From positions 52,616 through 72,615 of IMG/VR virus record IMGVR_UViG_3300026136_000184: a stretch of 20,000 nt of DNA; one strand, written 5' to 3'. The translations under genes and the position numbers were made by a program. How positions within the stretch are numbered: position 1 is the first letter of the stretch; the number at the start of each line of letters is the position of its first letter. The DNA comes from an uncultured virus (IMG/VR IMGVR_UViG_3300026136_000184). Taxonomy: Duplodnaviria; Heunggongvirae; Uroviricota; Caudoviricetes. The notes beneath the pieces were generated by a model. That model was not told where the DNA came from and did no database searches. It saw only the letters and a list, made by a program, of their open reading frames with translations. Of this stretch, positions 1-7,743 are shown in pieces.

Positions 1-1495
1 TACTAGACAGTAGTTTAGCCAACTCTGTTTTACCCGTGCCTGTTGGGCCTAAAAATAAGAAACTTGCGATAGGTTTAGTTTCGTTACCGATTCCTGCAAA
101 CGATACATAAACTCTTTCGATTACTTTATCAACTACATCGTCTTGACCATATAACTTACTTTTAACATTTACATCTAAGTTAGTAATACGATCTACGTTG
201 TCACCTTTAAGTTTATCAGCAGGGACGCCAGTAAACTTCTCTACTTGATCAAAGATCAATGATTTAGTAATATCAACACCTTTGTTTTCTGCTACACGTT
301 GCTTTGCACAAGCGGCATCAAGCAAGTCAATAGACTTGTCTGGATTCTTTCTTTCGTGTATGTATCTACCAGCCATTTCAACTGCGGCCTCGATTGCTTC
401 TTCTGTGATATTGACATCGTGGAAGTCGTTTAATCTTTCTGACAATCCACGTAAAATTCTTTGTGTTGTATCTACACTAGGTTCATCGATTGACACACGA
501 TAGAATCTACGCATGAGGGCTCTGTCTTTCTCAAATGATTCATAGTATTCTTCCCATGTAGTAGATGCGATTACTTTAAGAGTTCCCTTAGTAATAGCAG
601 GCTTAATCATGTTTGCAAAATCAACTGAGCCATTAGATGTCGATCCAGCACCTCCCATAGTATGGGCTTCGTCAATGAATAAGATACAATTCTTTTTAAC
701 TTCTAAAGCCATAATGACTTCTTTAACTTTTTCTTCAAACTCACCACGATACTTTGATCCAGCAAGTAAGTTACCAATCTCTAATGAATAGACTTCATGG
801 TTGTTTAAGAACTCTGGCACTTCTTCGTTAACAACTGCTTGTGCAATACCCTCTGCGATTGCAGTTTTACCTACACCCGGATCACCTACCATTAATACAT
901 TTGCTTTAAAACGTTTTGCTAATACATTGATGATATCATCGATCTCAGATACACGTCCTATGACAGGTTCTAGTTTATCGTCTCTAGCCAACTTAGTCAA
1001 GTTTGTTGTGTATTCTTCTAAAATATCATCTGCTTGGTCTTGACTGATGTTTTGACTATCCTGATGTCTATAGTTCTTTTGCCAAAATTCGATAAACTGA
1101 GTCTTGTTGACACCATACTTCAATAAGAAATAGTGTGCATGAGTATTCCCTTCAGTCGCAATCGACAGATATAAATCCATAGTAGTAACTTGTCTACGAC
1201 CTGTAAACAGAACTTGTGTAACGCCTCTATTCATCACACGTTCTAGTGAATTAGTTTTCTTAGGAACGCACTCAGGATCTTTGGACTCAATAGCATGTAG
1301 TCCATTTAAGTATGCTTCTATTTCACCGATCATCAAATCAGTATCAACATTAAATTGATTTAATACTTTCTTAAACGGTTGATGTGTTACTAATGCATGA
1401 AGTAAATGTTCAATAGTAACATACTGGTGATTATAGGACTTTGCAGTTTCGATTGCCCTAGAGATAATGTTTTCGATTTCTGGTGATGTGTTCAA
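1..1495 (-). CDS. clpA: ClpA-type Hsp100/Clp AAA+ ATPase (3' end beyond the left window edge)
   Basis: Not in the ORF track; translated by hand. TTG start at 1495 with GAGG ~8 nt upstream. N-domain MNTSPEIENIISRAIETAKSYNHQYVTIEHLLHAL; NBD1 has PVIGR, Walker A GDPGVGKT, AGSKYRGEFEE, Walker B LFIDEAH, EKDRALMRRF and PDKSIDLLDAA; NBD2 Walker A FLFLGPTGTGKTELAK. No coiled-coil M-domain between the NBDs, so ClpA-like rather than ClpB/C. Confidence 0.93.
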   Translation of the reverse strand, partial: MNTSPEIENIISRAIETAKSYNHQYVTIEHLLHALVTHQPFKKVLNQFNVDTDLMIGEIEAYLNGLHAIESKDPECVPKKTNSLERVMNRGVTQVLFTGRRQVTTMDLYLSIATEGNTHAHYFLLKYGVNKTQFIEFWQKNYRHQDSQNISQDQADDILEEYTTNLTKLARDDKLEPVIGRVSEIDDIINVLAKRFKANVLMVGDPGVGKTAIAEGIAQAVVNEEVPEFLNNHEVYSLEIGNLLAGSKYRGEFEEKVKEVIMALEVKKNCILFIDEAHTMGGAGSTSNGSVDFANMIKPAITKGTLKVIASTTWEEYYESFEKDRALMRRFYRVSIDEPSVDTTQRILRGLSERLNDFHDVNITEEAIEAAVEMAGRYIHERKNPDKSIDLLDAACAKQRVAENKGVDITKSLIFDQVEKFTGVPADKLKGDNVDRITNLDVNVKSKLYGQDDVVDKVIERVYVSFAGIGNETKPIASFLFLGPTGTGKTELAKLLSS

Positions 1496-1518
1496 ATGTT
1501 TTTTCCTCTATATAATAT

Positions 1519-1526
1519 TATTTAGT
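1519..1526 (-). promoter_or_regulatory. Possible T4-late-like promoter core (ACTAAATA) upstream of clpA
   Basis: TAAATA overlaps the dnaJ stop codon, 23 nt before the clpA TTG. The same core precedes other genes, but this one could be a by-product of the TAA stop. Confidence 0.4.
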
Positions 1527-2358
1527 TTTGCTTTAGGTCTTGGATATCTTTATATTTTTTAATTGAGTCTATGACACCTTGCTCTATTGTATCTGGTATA
1601 AAACCATTAAGCAATATGATTTGGTCACCAAAGTTACCAGACTGAAAATTAGGACCCCTTCGATCGGCAATAGGCATCCCATGACCTGTTAATTTAATTT
1701 GTGTTCCTGGTTGTGTTCCTGATTTTACTGAAACTTTTAGTACTTTTCCAGAGATAGTAGTAAAGTTAAATTGAGTACCTACAATCAAATCTAGTACAGA
1801 AATATTATGTGAACATAGTAGATTGTTTCCCATTCTTTCAAACCAAGAATCATTCATTACGTGAAAGTCAATGATTAAACTTGTTCCTTGTTCAACAATA
1901 TTGTCATATCTTGTCTGTTGGCCAGTCTTCACACCTTTTGGTATAGTTATTTGTACGACTTTTTTACCTTGTGGTGTATTTAATTCTAGTGTTTGTATGT
2001 CTCCAGTATATGCTTGGCGCAAAGTAACATTTAATTGTGTTCTAAACATCGGTTGAGGCTGAGGGCCTCTTCTTCCTCTAGGACGTTGCCCAAAGATATC
2101 ACCAAAGATATCACCAAACGGACTGTCTGCACCAAACGGATTGCCACCTTGCTGAAATTGTGCAAATGGATTAGGATTATCATACTCTGCTCGTTTCTCT
2201 GGGTTGCTTAGAGTATCATATGCTGTTTGTACTTTTTTAAATTCTTCAGCATCTCCGCCTTTATCAGGATGATGTTTACCCGCAAGTTTACGATAGGCTT
2301 TTTTAATTTCTTTTTGATCGGCTTGAGGTGATACGCCTAATGTCTGATAATGGTCCAT
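1522..2358 (-). CDS. dnaJ: J-domain co-chaperone, class B (DnaJ/CbpA-like, no zinc finger)
   Basis: N-terminal J-domain DHYQTLGV...[18 protein letters not shown] (HPD motif), G/F-rich linker with [11 protein letters not shown]-terminal substrate-binding domains ([30 protein letters not shown]). No CxxCxGxG repeats. Confidence 0.93.
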   Translation of the reverse strand: MDHYQTLGVSPQADQKEIKKAYRKLAGKHHPDKGGDAEEFKKVQTAYDTLSNPEKRAEYDNPNPFAQFQQGGNPFGADSPFGDIFGDIFGQRPRGRRGPQPQPMFRTQLNVTLRQAYTGDIQTLELNTPQGKKVVQITIPKGVKTGQQTRYDNIVEQGTSLIIDFHVMNDSWFERMGNNLLCSHNISVLDLIVGTQFNFTTISGKVLKVSVKSGTQPGTQIKLTGHGMPIADRRGPNFQSGNFGDQIILLNGFIPDTIEQGVIDSIKKYKDIQDLKQN

Positions 2359-2363
2359 GCTAT

Positions 2364-2392
2364 ATTATAACAGCCATATATGGAAAAGTCAA
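2364..2392 (-). promoter_or_regulatory. Sigma70-type promoter of dnaJ
   Basis: Minus strand reads TTGACT-N17-TATAAT with an extended -10 (TGt-TATAAT). Only 5 nt separate the -10 box from the ATG. Confidence 0.85.
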
Positions 2393-2406
2393 CAGTGATT
2401 TGCCCG

Positions 2407-2955
2407 TTAGATGCCGGCTGATGCTTGAAGTGATTTGATGTATTCGTCTTTAGGAGTTTCAGATTCTTTGTAATCTAAACCTGCTTTAAGTCTCATTTCA
2501 TTGAGTTCATCATTGATTGGTTCTTCTTTTTCTATTTCGTATTTGGCTGGATTTAAAATAATTTTTTGCTTCATAATTTCTAATTCCATTGGATAGTCTT
2601 CACCGTCAATGTTAAGAGTATATTCTTCAACAGGCATACCTGTTAGTGTTTCTAAGTCTTTTAGTAAACCTATTACTCTACGTGCTACCCATGAACGTCT
2701 TTCCATTTCTACAAAGACTAACCATTTGTTAGGTGAAAGTTCTCCGTCTGATACACTTGCATCTAAAATGAAGTCATATCCTCTTTCAAACCAAGTTACT
2801 AAATCTTCAGCAACTAATTTTGATTTGACTGTAAAAGTTACTGTGACTATATCTTTATCTTCGCCCATCTTAGCGGCATATTCATCTATAGATACAAGAG
2901 GAATAACTTGATTTTCCATGTCTAAGTAGTTTAAACTTTCAGATAGAATAGTCAT
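2407..2955 (-). CDS. Hypothetical phage protein (182 aa)
   Basis: Full ORF with globular-looking composition; its start overlaps the upstream stop (TAATG). No family recognised. Confidence 0.8.
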   Translation of the reverse strand: MTILSESLNYLDMENQVIPLVSIDEYAAKMGEDKDIVTVTFTVKSKLVAEDLVTWFERGYDFILDASVSDGELSPNKWLVFVEMERRSWVARRVIGLLKDLETLTGMPVEEYTLNIDGEDYPMELEIMKQKIILNPAKYEIEKEEPINDELNEMRLKAGLDYKESETPKDEYIKSLQASAGI

Positions 2956-3587
2956 TAGATTTGAAATGCTCCGCCGTCGTTTGGTTCGCCTGATGTGACA
3001 TCATCAACTGCTTCCATGTCATTGCCTGTATCATCTTCAGATTTTGTTTGCTCTAAATCATTGTCATATGCATCTTCGATTTCTGATAAGTCAATTGTGT
3101 CTTCTGCAATGTCAACACTACCTTCTTTAATATCATCCATTAATTCAAAAGGTATTTCAATTTGCATAAACCAAACTTTGTTTTCTTTCATTTTAGGGTA
3201 ACGACTTCCTGATTGAAAGTCTTCATATGATGTGACTGCTACAGGAACTTCAATCTTAGACTTCATCATTTTAACATTACAACCGATAGTTGCAAGTCTT
3301 AATGTTGCTCTAGGATCAGGCATTAATTTATAAGGCCACATAAAAGTACATTTGCATGAGTATCTTCCTACATCAGGACCTTGTACTAATTCTCCGTTGA
3401 TCCAATTTCTATATGCATATATGTCTGCTTCGTCTAAGACTCTTTCAAAGTCCAGCAACGTATTCATTGCACCGTCAGACATGTAGATATTTTTAATGGT
3501 ATCTACAATACTAACAAAGTCAATGTCTTTAAAAAATGAATCTGCTTGTTTCCTAGCAAGATTATCGCCTGTGATTGCTTTAGTCAT
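2955..3587 (-). CDS. Hypothetical phage protein (210 aa) with acidic C-terminal tail
   Basis: Full ORF directly preceded by a GATAAATA box and coupled to the next gene by TAATG. Function not recognised. Confidence 0.8.
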   Translation of the reverse strand: MTKAITGDNLARKQADSFFKDIDFVSIVDTIKNIYMSDGAMNTLLDFERVLDEADIYAYRNWINGELVQGPDVGRYSCKCTFMWPYKLMPDPRATLRLATIGCNVKMMKSKIEVPVAVTSYEDFQSGSRYPKMKENKVWFMQIEIPFELMDDIKEGSVDIAEDTIDLSEIEDAYDNDLEQTKSEDDTGNDMEAVDDVTSGEPNDGGAFQI

Positions 3588-3592
3588 ACTAG

Positions 3593-3600
3593 TATTTATC
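3593..3600 (-). promoter_or_regulatory. T4-late-like promoter GATAAATA
   Basis: GATAAATA-CTAGT-ATG, 5 nt before the start at 3587. Resembles the T4 late consensus TATAAATA. Confidence 0.7.
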
Positions 3601-3647
3601 TCAATGGGATTGCAAAAGAATTTTACAATTTGTTCTTCTGGTGCTAG

Positions 3648-3655
3648 TATTTATC
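3648..3655 (-). promoter_or_regulatory. Second T4-late-like promoter GATAAATA (tandem copy)
   Basis: Part of an exact 12-bp direct repeat CTAGTATTTATC at 3589-3600 and 3644-3655. Confidence 0.55.
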
Positions 3656-3702
3656 ACAAAACGACATTTCCTCATCCACTGATTTTTTACATACCTAAAC
3701 CT

Positions 3703-3710
3703 GGTAAGTA
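3703..3710 (+). promoter_or_regulatory. Possible late-promoter variant (GGTAAGTA) upstream of phoH
   Basis: TAAGTA is one mismatch from the TAAATA core and lies 50 nt before the phoH ATG; AGGA RBS at 3750-3753. Confidence 0.35.
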
Positions 3711-3760
3711 TTTAATGAGAAACTTATTTCTCAATTCATTTTAAAATATAGGAATTATAT

Positions 3761-4546
3761 ATGAGTAAACGCAAAACAGGCGCATTAAGGAAAAAACATG
3801 AACCATACAGACACAGGGAAACACATCACACGGCAGAGGACACGTTCTACATGAACTCCTCAAAGACCATCGACTTTAGCAAGTATAGTAAAAAGCAGAA
3901 GTCACGCAGACCAATCGAATTAGTACCCCAGAGTATAAATCAGGAAAAATATATTATAGCATTAAATGACCCTGAAACAGATATCGTTATGGCTAGTGGC
4001 CCCGCTGGAACAGGTAAAACCTACTTAGCAATGTTGGCGGCGATGAGAGCATTAAGATCAGGTCAATGCGATAAAATATTATTAACACGCCCTGCTGTTG
4101 CTGTAGATGACGAAAAACATGGTTTTCTTCCAGGCGACTTAAACTCAAAAATGGAACCATGGGTAAGACCCTTATTCGATGTGGTGAGAGAATATTACTC
4201 ACAGAATGAAATCGAATATATGTTAAAGGAACAAATCATAGAAATCACACCTTTAGCATTTTGCCGAGGCAGAAACTTCAAGCATTCATGGATTATATTA
4301 GATGAGGCCCAAAACGCAACACCGTCACAAATAAAAATGTTAATGACAAGGATTGCTGAGGGTAGCAAAATCGTAATCAATGGTGACGTTGAACAGACTG
4401 ACCGACTAACACATAATAACGGGCTCCTTGATTTAAAAGATAGAATAGATCAACATAAAGTACCTGGCATGACTGCTTGTACTTTTGATCACAAAGACAT
4501 ACGGAGACACAAGATTATTGAACACGTACTAAAGATGTATCAATAA
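3761..4546 (+). CDS. phoH: PhoH-family ATPase
   Basis: Walker A GPAGTGKT, LTRPAV, GFLPGDLNSKMEPW, PLAFCRGRNF, IILDEAQN, MLMTRI, INGDVEQTD and DIRRH match PhoH family motifs. Basic N-terminal extension of ~50 aa. Confidence 0.95.
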   Translation: MSKRKTGALRKKHEPYRHRETHHTAEDTFYMNSSKTIDFSKYSKKQKSRRPIELVPQSINQEKYIIALNDPETDIVMASGPAGTGKTYLAMLAAMRALRSGQCDKILLTRPAVAVDDEKHGFLPGDLNSKMEPWVRPLFDVVREYYSQNEIEYMLKEQIIEITPLAFCRGRNFKHSWIILDEAQNATPSQIKMLMTRIAEGSKIVINGDVEQTDRLTHNNGLLDLKDRIDQHKVPGMTACTFDHKDIRRHKIIEHVLKMYQ

Positions 4547-4567
4547 TTTCATAGGTCCATATAAACA

Positions 4568-4591
4568 GAAAGGGCCGTTAACGGCCCTTTC
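4568..4591. terminator. Bidirectional intrinsic terminator between convergent phoH and the methyltransferase
   Basis: Perfect 24-bp palindrome GAAAGGGCCGTTAACGGCCCTTTC in the gap between two converging stop codons; short T-run on both strands. Confidence 0.8.
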
Positions 4592-4610
4592 ACTCTGAAT
4601 GTATTTGCCC

Positions 4611-5396
4611 CTACAAGGTCTTTAATTTTCTATTCAGAACACTTTTAGCATATGCTGGATATACAAGATAAGGGTAAGTAAGTTGTTTTTTAATTTCCCA
4701 TTGATTTTGTTTTTTAGCAAAACTAGAATAATACTCATCATTAAATCCTGCTTCAAAATAAGTATACTTTAATTTCTCATCAAAGTCAAATTTTAAATCT
4801 AATAAATCAAATATATTACTATTAAAAATTAGTTTTTTATCTACCATTGTATAATCACTGTTATATAAATAGTCATTTGGTTTGATAGATTTATTTGATA
4901 ATTGATAATATTCTTTTATGTTTTCATCTAATTTGCTATAATCAACATCTTCAACCAATTGTTGTTGTACATGAGTTAAATTGCATGATGTGAGTTTTAA
5001 ATTGTTAGGATATACATTATGTATTTGTTGCTTTTCACAATTGTTAAGAAAGAATAATAGACCTTCACTTAAGGCACAATGACCAAATATCTCATGTATA
5101 TAAATATCACCTTTTGGTAAGTTATCGTTAAAGATATCTAAGTTTAATACTTCGATGTTGTCATTGTTTCTAAATTTGCTTTTAAGGCTATAATAATGTT
5201 GTTGATTAATTTCTAAACTATAAACCTTTTTGGCACCGTATTTAATACTTAACCAAGTAAAAAATCCAGAACCTGACCCACAATCAACAATAATTTTGTT
5301 TTTGGCATGTCGTTTGATATAGTCGATGTATGCATTAGACCTGTTATAATCTAATAGCATTTCCCAAACATACATGTTTGGTACGGATGCATTCAT
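4611..5396 (-). CDS. Class I SAM-dependent methyltransferase, PRMT-like
   Basis: Motif I IVDCGSGSG, post-I GAKKVYSLE, upstream MLLDYNRSNAY (MLxDxxRxxxY) and a double-E-like loop DIYIHEIFGHCALSEG. The methyltransferase call is strong; the subfamily is inferred. Confidence 0.85.
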   Translation of the reverse strand: MNASVPNMYVWEMLLDYNRSNAYIDYIKRHAKNKIIVDCGSGSGFFTWLSIKYGAKKVYSLEINQQHYYSLKSKFRNNDNIEVLNLDIFNDNLPKGDIYIHEIFGHCALSEGLLFFLNNCEKQQIHNVYPNNLKLTSCNLTHVQQQLVEDVDYSKLDENIKEYYQLSNKSIKPNDYLYNSDYTMVDKKLIFNSNIFDLLDLKFDFDEKLKYTYFEAGFNDEYYSSFAKKQNQWEIKKQLTYPYLVYPAYAKSVLNRKLKTL

Positions 5397-5603
5397 TTAC
5401 TGTTTGTTTATTCTTCTTAAACTTCCCATCATATACGCGGCGTAAATGAATAAAGGTCCGAAGATTAAAATTTCTTCAGTTGTTTCTGAAAAATCAAAAT
5501 ATGAAATAGACCAGATGTACGAAAACATGATTATACCTATCCATGCAAACGTGTATAATCCACTACATAAATTTAAAAAGTGTTCTTTAATATTTTCTAT
5601 CAT
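5397..5603 (-). CDS. Small membrane protein (two predicted TM helices)
   Basis: Hydrophobic stretches LYTFAWIGIIMFSYIWSISYF and ILIFGPLFIYAAYMMG. ATGA overlap with the upstream gene; stop abuts the next start. Confidence 0.7.
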   Translation of the reverse strand: MIENIKEHFLNLCSGLYTFAWIGIIMFSYIWSISYFDFSETTEEILIFGPLFIYAAYMMGSLRRINKQ

Positions 5604-5878
5604 TTTTTATTCCTTTTATCTTTCTTTTCGATCGGCCCTTCTTTTTCAAGTTGCTCAATCAATTTAGGGTAAATTCTCTTGTAATAAGAACTCATTTTCT
5701 CAAATGTTGTATCGTGGTTCTTGCCTTCAATCACACATTTTTGTACAGACATATCAGAGTAATCCATGATTACATTTTTTGTAGTCATATCTGATTTCTT
5801 TAACTTACGTGATGTTTGAATTAATTCGTCAATTTGACCGTTTGGCTTACGAATGTATTGTACTAGTAAATATCTCAT
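5600..5878 (-). CDS. Hypothetical phage protein (92 aa, basic)
   Basis: Full ORF with TATAAATA 6 nt upstream of the ATG. Confidence 0.75.
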   Translation of the reverse strand: MRYLLVQYIRKPNGQIDELIQTSRKLKKSDMTTKNVIMDYSDMSVQKCVIEGKNHDTTFEKMSSYYKRIYPKLIEQLEKEGPIEKKDKRNKK

Positions 5879-5884
5879 ATCATT

Positions 5885-5892
5885 TATTTATA
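5885..5892 (-). promoter_or_regulatory. T4-late-like promoter TATAAATA
   Basis: Exact T4 late consensus within a 17-bp intergenic gap. Confidence 0.65.
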
Positions 5893-5895
5893 TGG

Positions 5896-6819
5896 TTAAG
5901 AAGTCAACTCAACTAAAGTTGCGGCGAGTGATATCTCAGGGATACCTACTAACGGCAGATTTGCTAGACCATTTCTGATAACAATGATATTTGCATCACG
6001 TTCTTCATTACTTGCCCCAAACAAGTCTAAGTTATCATACATCCAACGATATGTATCTTCGATTCTAGTAGGATACAATGCGATATATTGCATCAATTGT
6101 TGTCTTGCTTCGATTAAATTACCGCTTTTAAACAAGTTTGTTGCTTCGACTAAAAGTTCATCTTCACTCTGGCCTTCACTCTGAGGGGCCCTCAGAGCGC
6201 CAGAACCGCTGTTTACTTGCAATTGATTAAGACACTTACGTAAGTCAGGATATGTTGCACGAACAAATGTATCTAAAACATCTAATTCAAAGTCAACATT
6301 CTCTGTAACTAACACAGTTGCCGCTCTTGCTGTAAACTCTGTCATATCAGGCTTAGCAATATGATACTGATGACAACGAGACTTGAGTGCAGGAATGATC
6401 TTGTGAGCATAGTTACATGTCAAAATGTATCTAACAGTCTCATGGTATGCTTCCATATCATTTCTTAAGGCTGCCTGCGAGGGCTGAGTTAAATAATCTG
6501 CCTCGTCTAACAACACCACCTTGAACTTGCCGAACGGCATAGTCTGCACAAAGCCATTAATCTTTTCACGTAACATGTCAATACCATTCTCACGTGATGC
6601 ATTAATAGTCAATACGTCATATTCTTCGATACCTAATTCGTTGATCAGCACTTTTGCAAGTGTAGTTTTACCTGTACCGGGGTCACCAGACATCAATAGA
6701 TGAGGGAAACTATCCTCTGCTATCCAGTTCTGAACTTGTTCTTTTTGAATTGGATCTGTAAACACATAATCATCTACAGATAACGGACGATACTTTTCTA
6801 CCCACAACTGATTCTTCAT
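5896..6819 (-). CDS. Sliding-clamp loader AAA+ subunit (RFC small subunit / T4 gp44-like)
   Basis: LWVEKYRP, Walker A GDPGTGKT, INASRENGID, Walker B VVLLDEAD, QAALRNDME, ILTCNY, SRC motif (ALKSRC) and PDLRKCLNQLQ; GAGGT RBS. Confidence 0.95.
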   Translation of the reverse strand: MKNQLWVEKYRPLSVDDYVFTDPIQKEQVQNWIAEDSFPHLLMSGDPGTGKTTLAKVLINELGIEEYDVLTINASRENGIDMLREKINGFVQTMPFGKFKVVLLDEADYLTQPSQAALRNDMEAYHETVRYILTCNYAHKIIPALKSRCHQYHIAKPDMTEFTARAATVLVTENVDFELDVLDTFVRATYPDLRKCLNQLQVNSGSGALRAPQSEGQSEDELLVEATNLFKSGNLIEARQQLMQYIALYPTRIEDTYRWMYDNLDLFGASNEERDANIIVIRNGLANLPLVGIPEISLAATLVELTS

Positions 6820-6851
6820 TGATACCTCATTGAGTTTAATTTAATACTGTT

Positions 6852-6880
6852 ATTATATAGGATTAACGAGTAGATGTCAA
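6852..6880 (-). promoter_or_regulatory. Consensus sigma70 promoter of the clamp loader gene
   Basis: Perfect TTGACA-N17-TATAAT on the minus strand, immediately downstream of a terminator. Confidence 0.9.
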
Positions 6881-6889
6881 TCATTAATT

Positions 6890-6917
6890 AAAGAAAAAGG
6901 GCAACAATGTGCCCTTT
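6890..6917 (-). terminator. Intrinsic terminator
   Basis: Minus strand AAAGGGCA-CATTGT-TGCCCTTT followed by TTCTTT, directly after the stop at 6921. Confidence 0.8.
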
Positions 6918-6920
6918 ATT

Positions 6921-7301
6921 TTAGTCTTCCCAACCGTCATCGTTTTCGTCATATACACCGTCGTTGTTTGTGTCACAATAACGTTGCCATGCTACCATAT
7001 TAAATGTCAGACCTTCTGACCATGGAACATATGAGTCACACCATGCATGTGAGCCGACTGCCATGTCGTCATCAGTTCCGTTATCTACTTCAACATAATC
7101 ACGCCGAGTAGTTTCCGGAAACTCTTTGAACTGATAAGTTCTACCGCTATTAAAAGTGCGTTGTTGATACAACTTACCTTTAGTAACGTGAATCATTTCT
7201 CCTTCTGTAAGGGTCAATGTAGAACCATCGTCATAGTTGATAACTGTCTGGGCTGTAGCACCGAATGAAACTAGTGCTAAAATGAAAATAAAAAATTTCA
7301 T
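6921..7301 (-). CDS. Secreted protein with a C-terminal EF-hand-like Ca-binding loop (126 aa)
   Basis: Start re-assigned to the ATG at 7301 (GGAGA RBS at 7306-7310; the longer ORF overlaps groES). Sec signal MKFFIFILALVSFGATA; two Cys; loop DTNNDGVYDEND. Confidence 0.75.
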   Translation of the reverse strand: MKFFIFILALVSFGATAQTVINYDDGSTLTLTEGEMIHVTKGKLYQQRTFNSGRTYQFKEFPETTRRDYVEVDNGTDDDMAVGSHAWCDSYVPWSEGLTFNMVAWQRYCDTNNDGVYDENDDGWED

Positions 7302-7365
7302 ATAGTCTCCTTTGAATTTTTCATTATATGTATTCACATGAACACATACGTCAAAAACCCGAACA

Positions 7366-7743
7366 CTATGCTCCTTCTTTATCTCCATATGCCATGTTAG
7401 TCTGTGGTTCATCACTTACTAACAAGCAATCTTTTGGGTCAACACAACGAATTGTCTTGTCCCCTTCTTCGTCTGTAATGTTAATACCACGTGTCCAACG
7501 ACCATGTGCTACCATTACATATTGTCCTTCTTTAAGTTCAGTATTTGCTTGTGGACCAATAGAGTATACTTGTGCCCATCTAGGCTTAATTCCTGCAGAT
7601 TTTTTATCATCGTCTACTAGAACGATACCAGATGCAAGTTTCTGTTCTCCAAACTCCATGCCGTGTACAATAATCTTATCACTAATTGCTCTTAGTGTTT
7701 TGCACTTAATACGATTGATATTAGATTTAAGCCCTATTGCCAT
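7366..7743 (-). CDS. groES: Co-chaperonin GroES-like protein
   Basis: LRAISDKIIV, mobile loop EQKLASGIVLVD, AQVYSIGP, ELKEGQYVMV and DCLLV follow the Cpn10 pattern. Confidence 0.88.
   Translation of the reverse strand: MAIGLKSNINRIKCKTLRAISDKIIVHGMEFGEQKLASGIVLVDDDKKSAGIKPRWAQVYSIGPQANTELKEGQYVMVAHGRWTRGINITDEEGDKTIRCVDPKDCLLVSDEPQTNMAYGDKEGA

Noticed and set aside
282..1043. Three short plus-strand ORFs (282-503, 609-791, 801-1043)
   Set aside because: They are antisense shadows of clpA, which occupies the minus strand with full motif support.
2089..2148. 12-bp tandem repeat CCAAAGATATCA in dnaJ
   Set aside because: It encodes the ordinary DIF motifs of the G/F-rich region.
4864..4871. 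Plus-strand TATAAATA inside the methyltransferase gene
   Set aside because: It is antisense, lies in a very AT-rich CDS and has no downstream gene, so it is probably chance. It also shows that single matches to this box are weak evidence.
7323..7354. TTGACG...TATAAT upstream of the secreted protein
   Set aside because: The spacer is 20 nt, too long for a standard sigma70 promoter, so it was not called.
7302..7415. N-terminal extension of ORF 6921-7415 (likewise 14474-14536 for the peptidase)
   Set aside because: Both extensions overlap the upstream gene. The internal ATGs have RBSs and give a proper signal peptide or M15 N-terminus.
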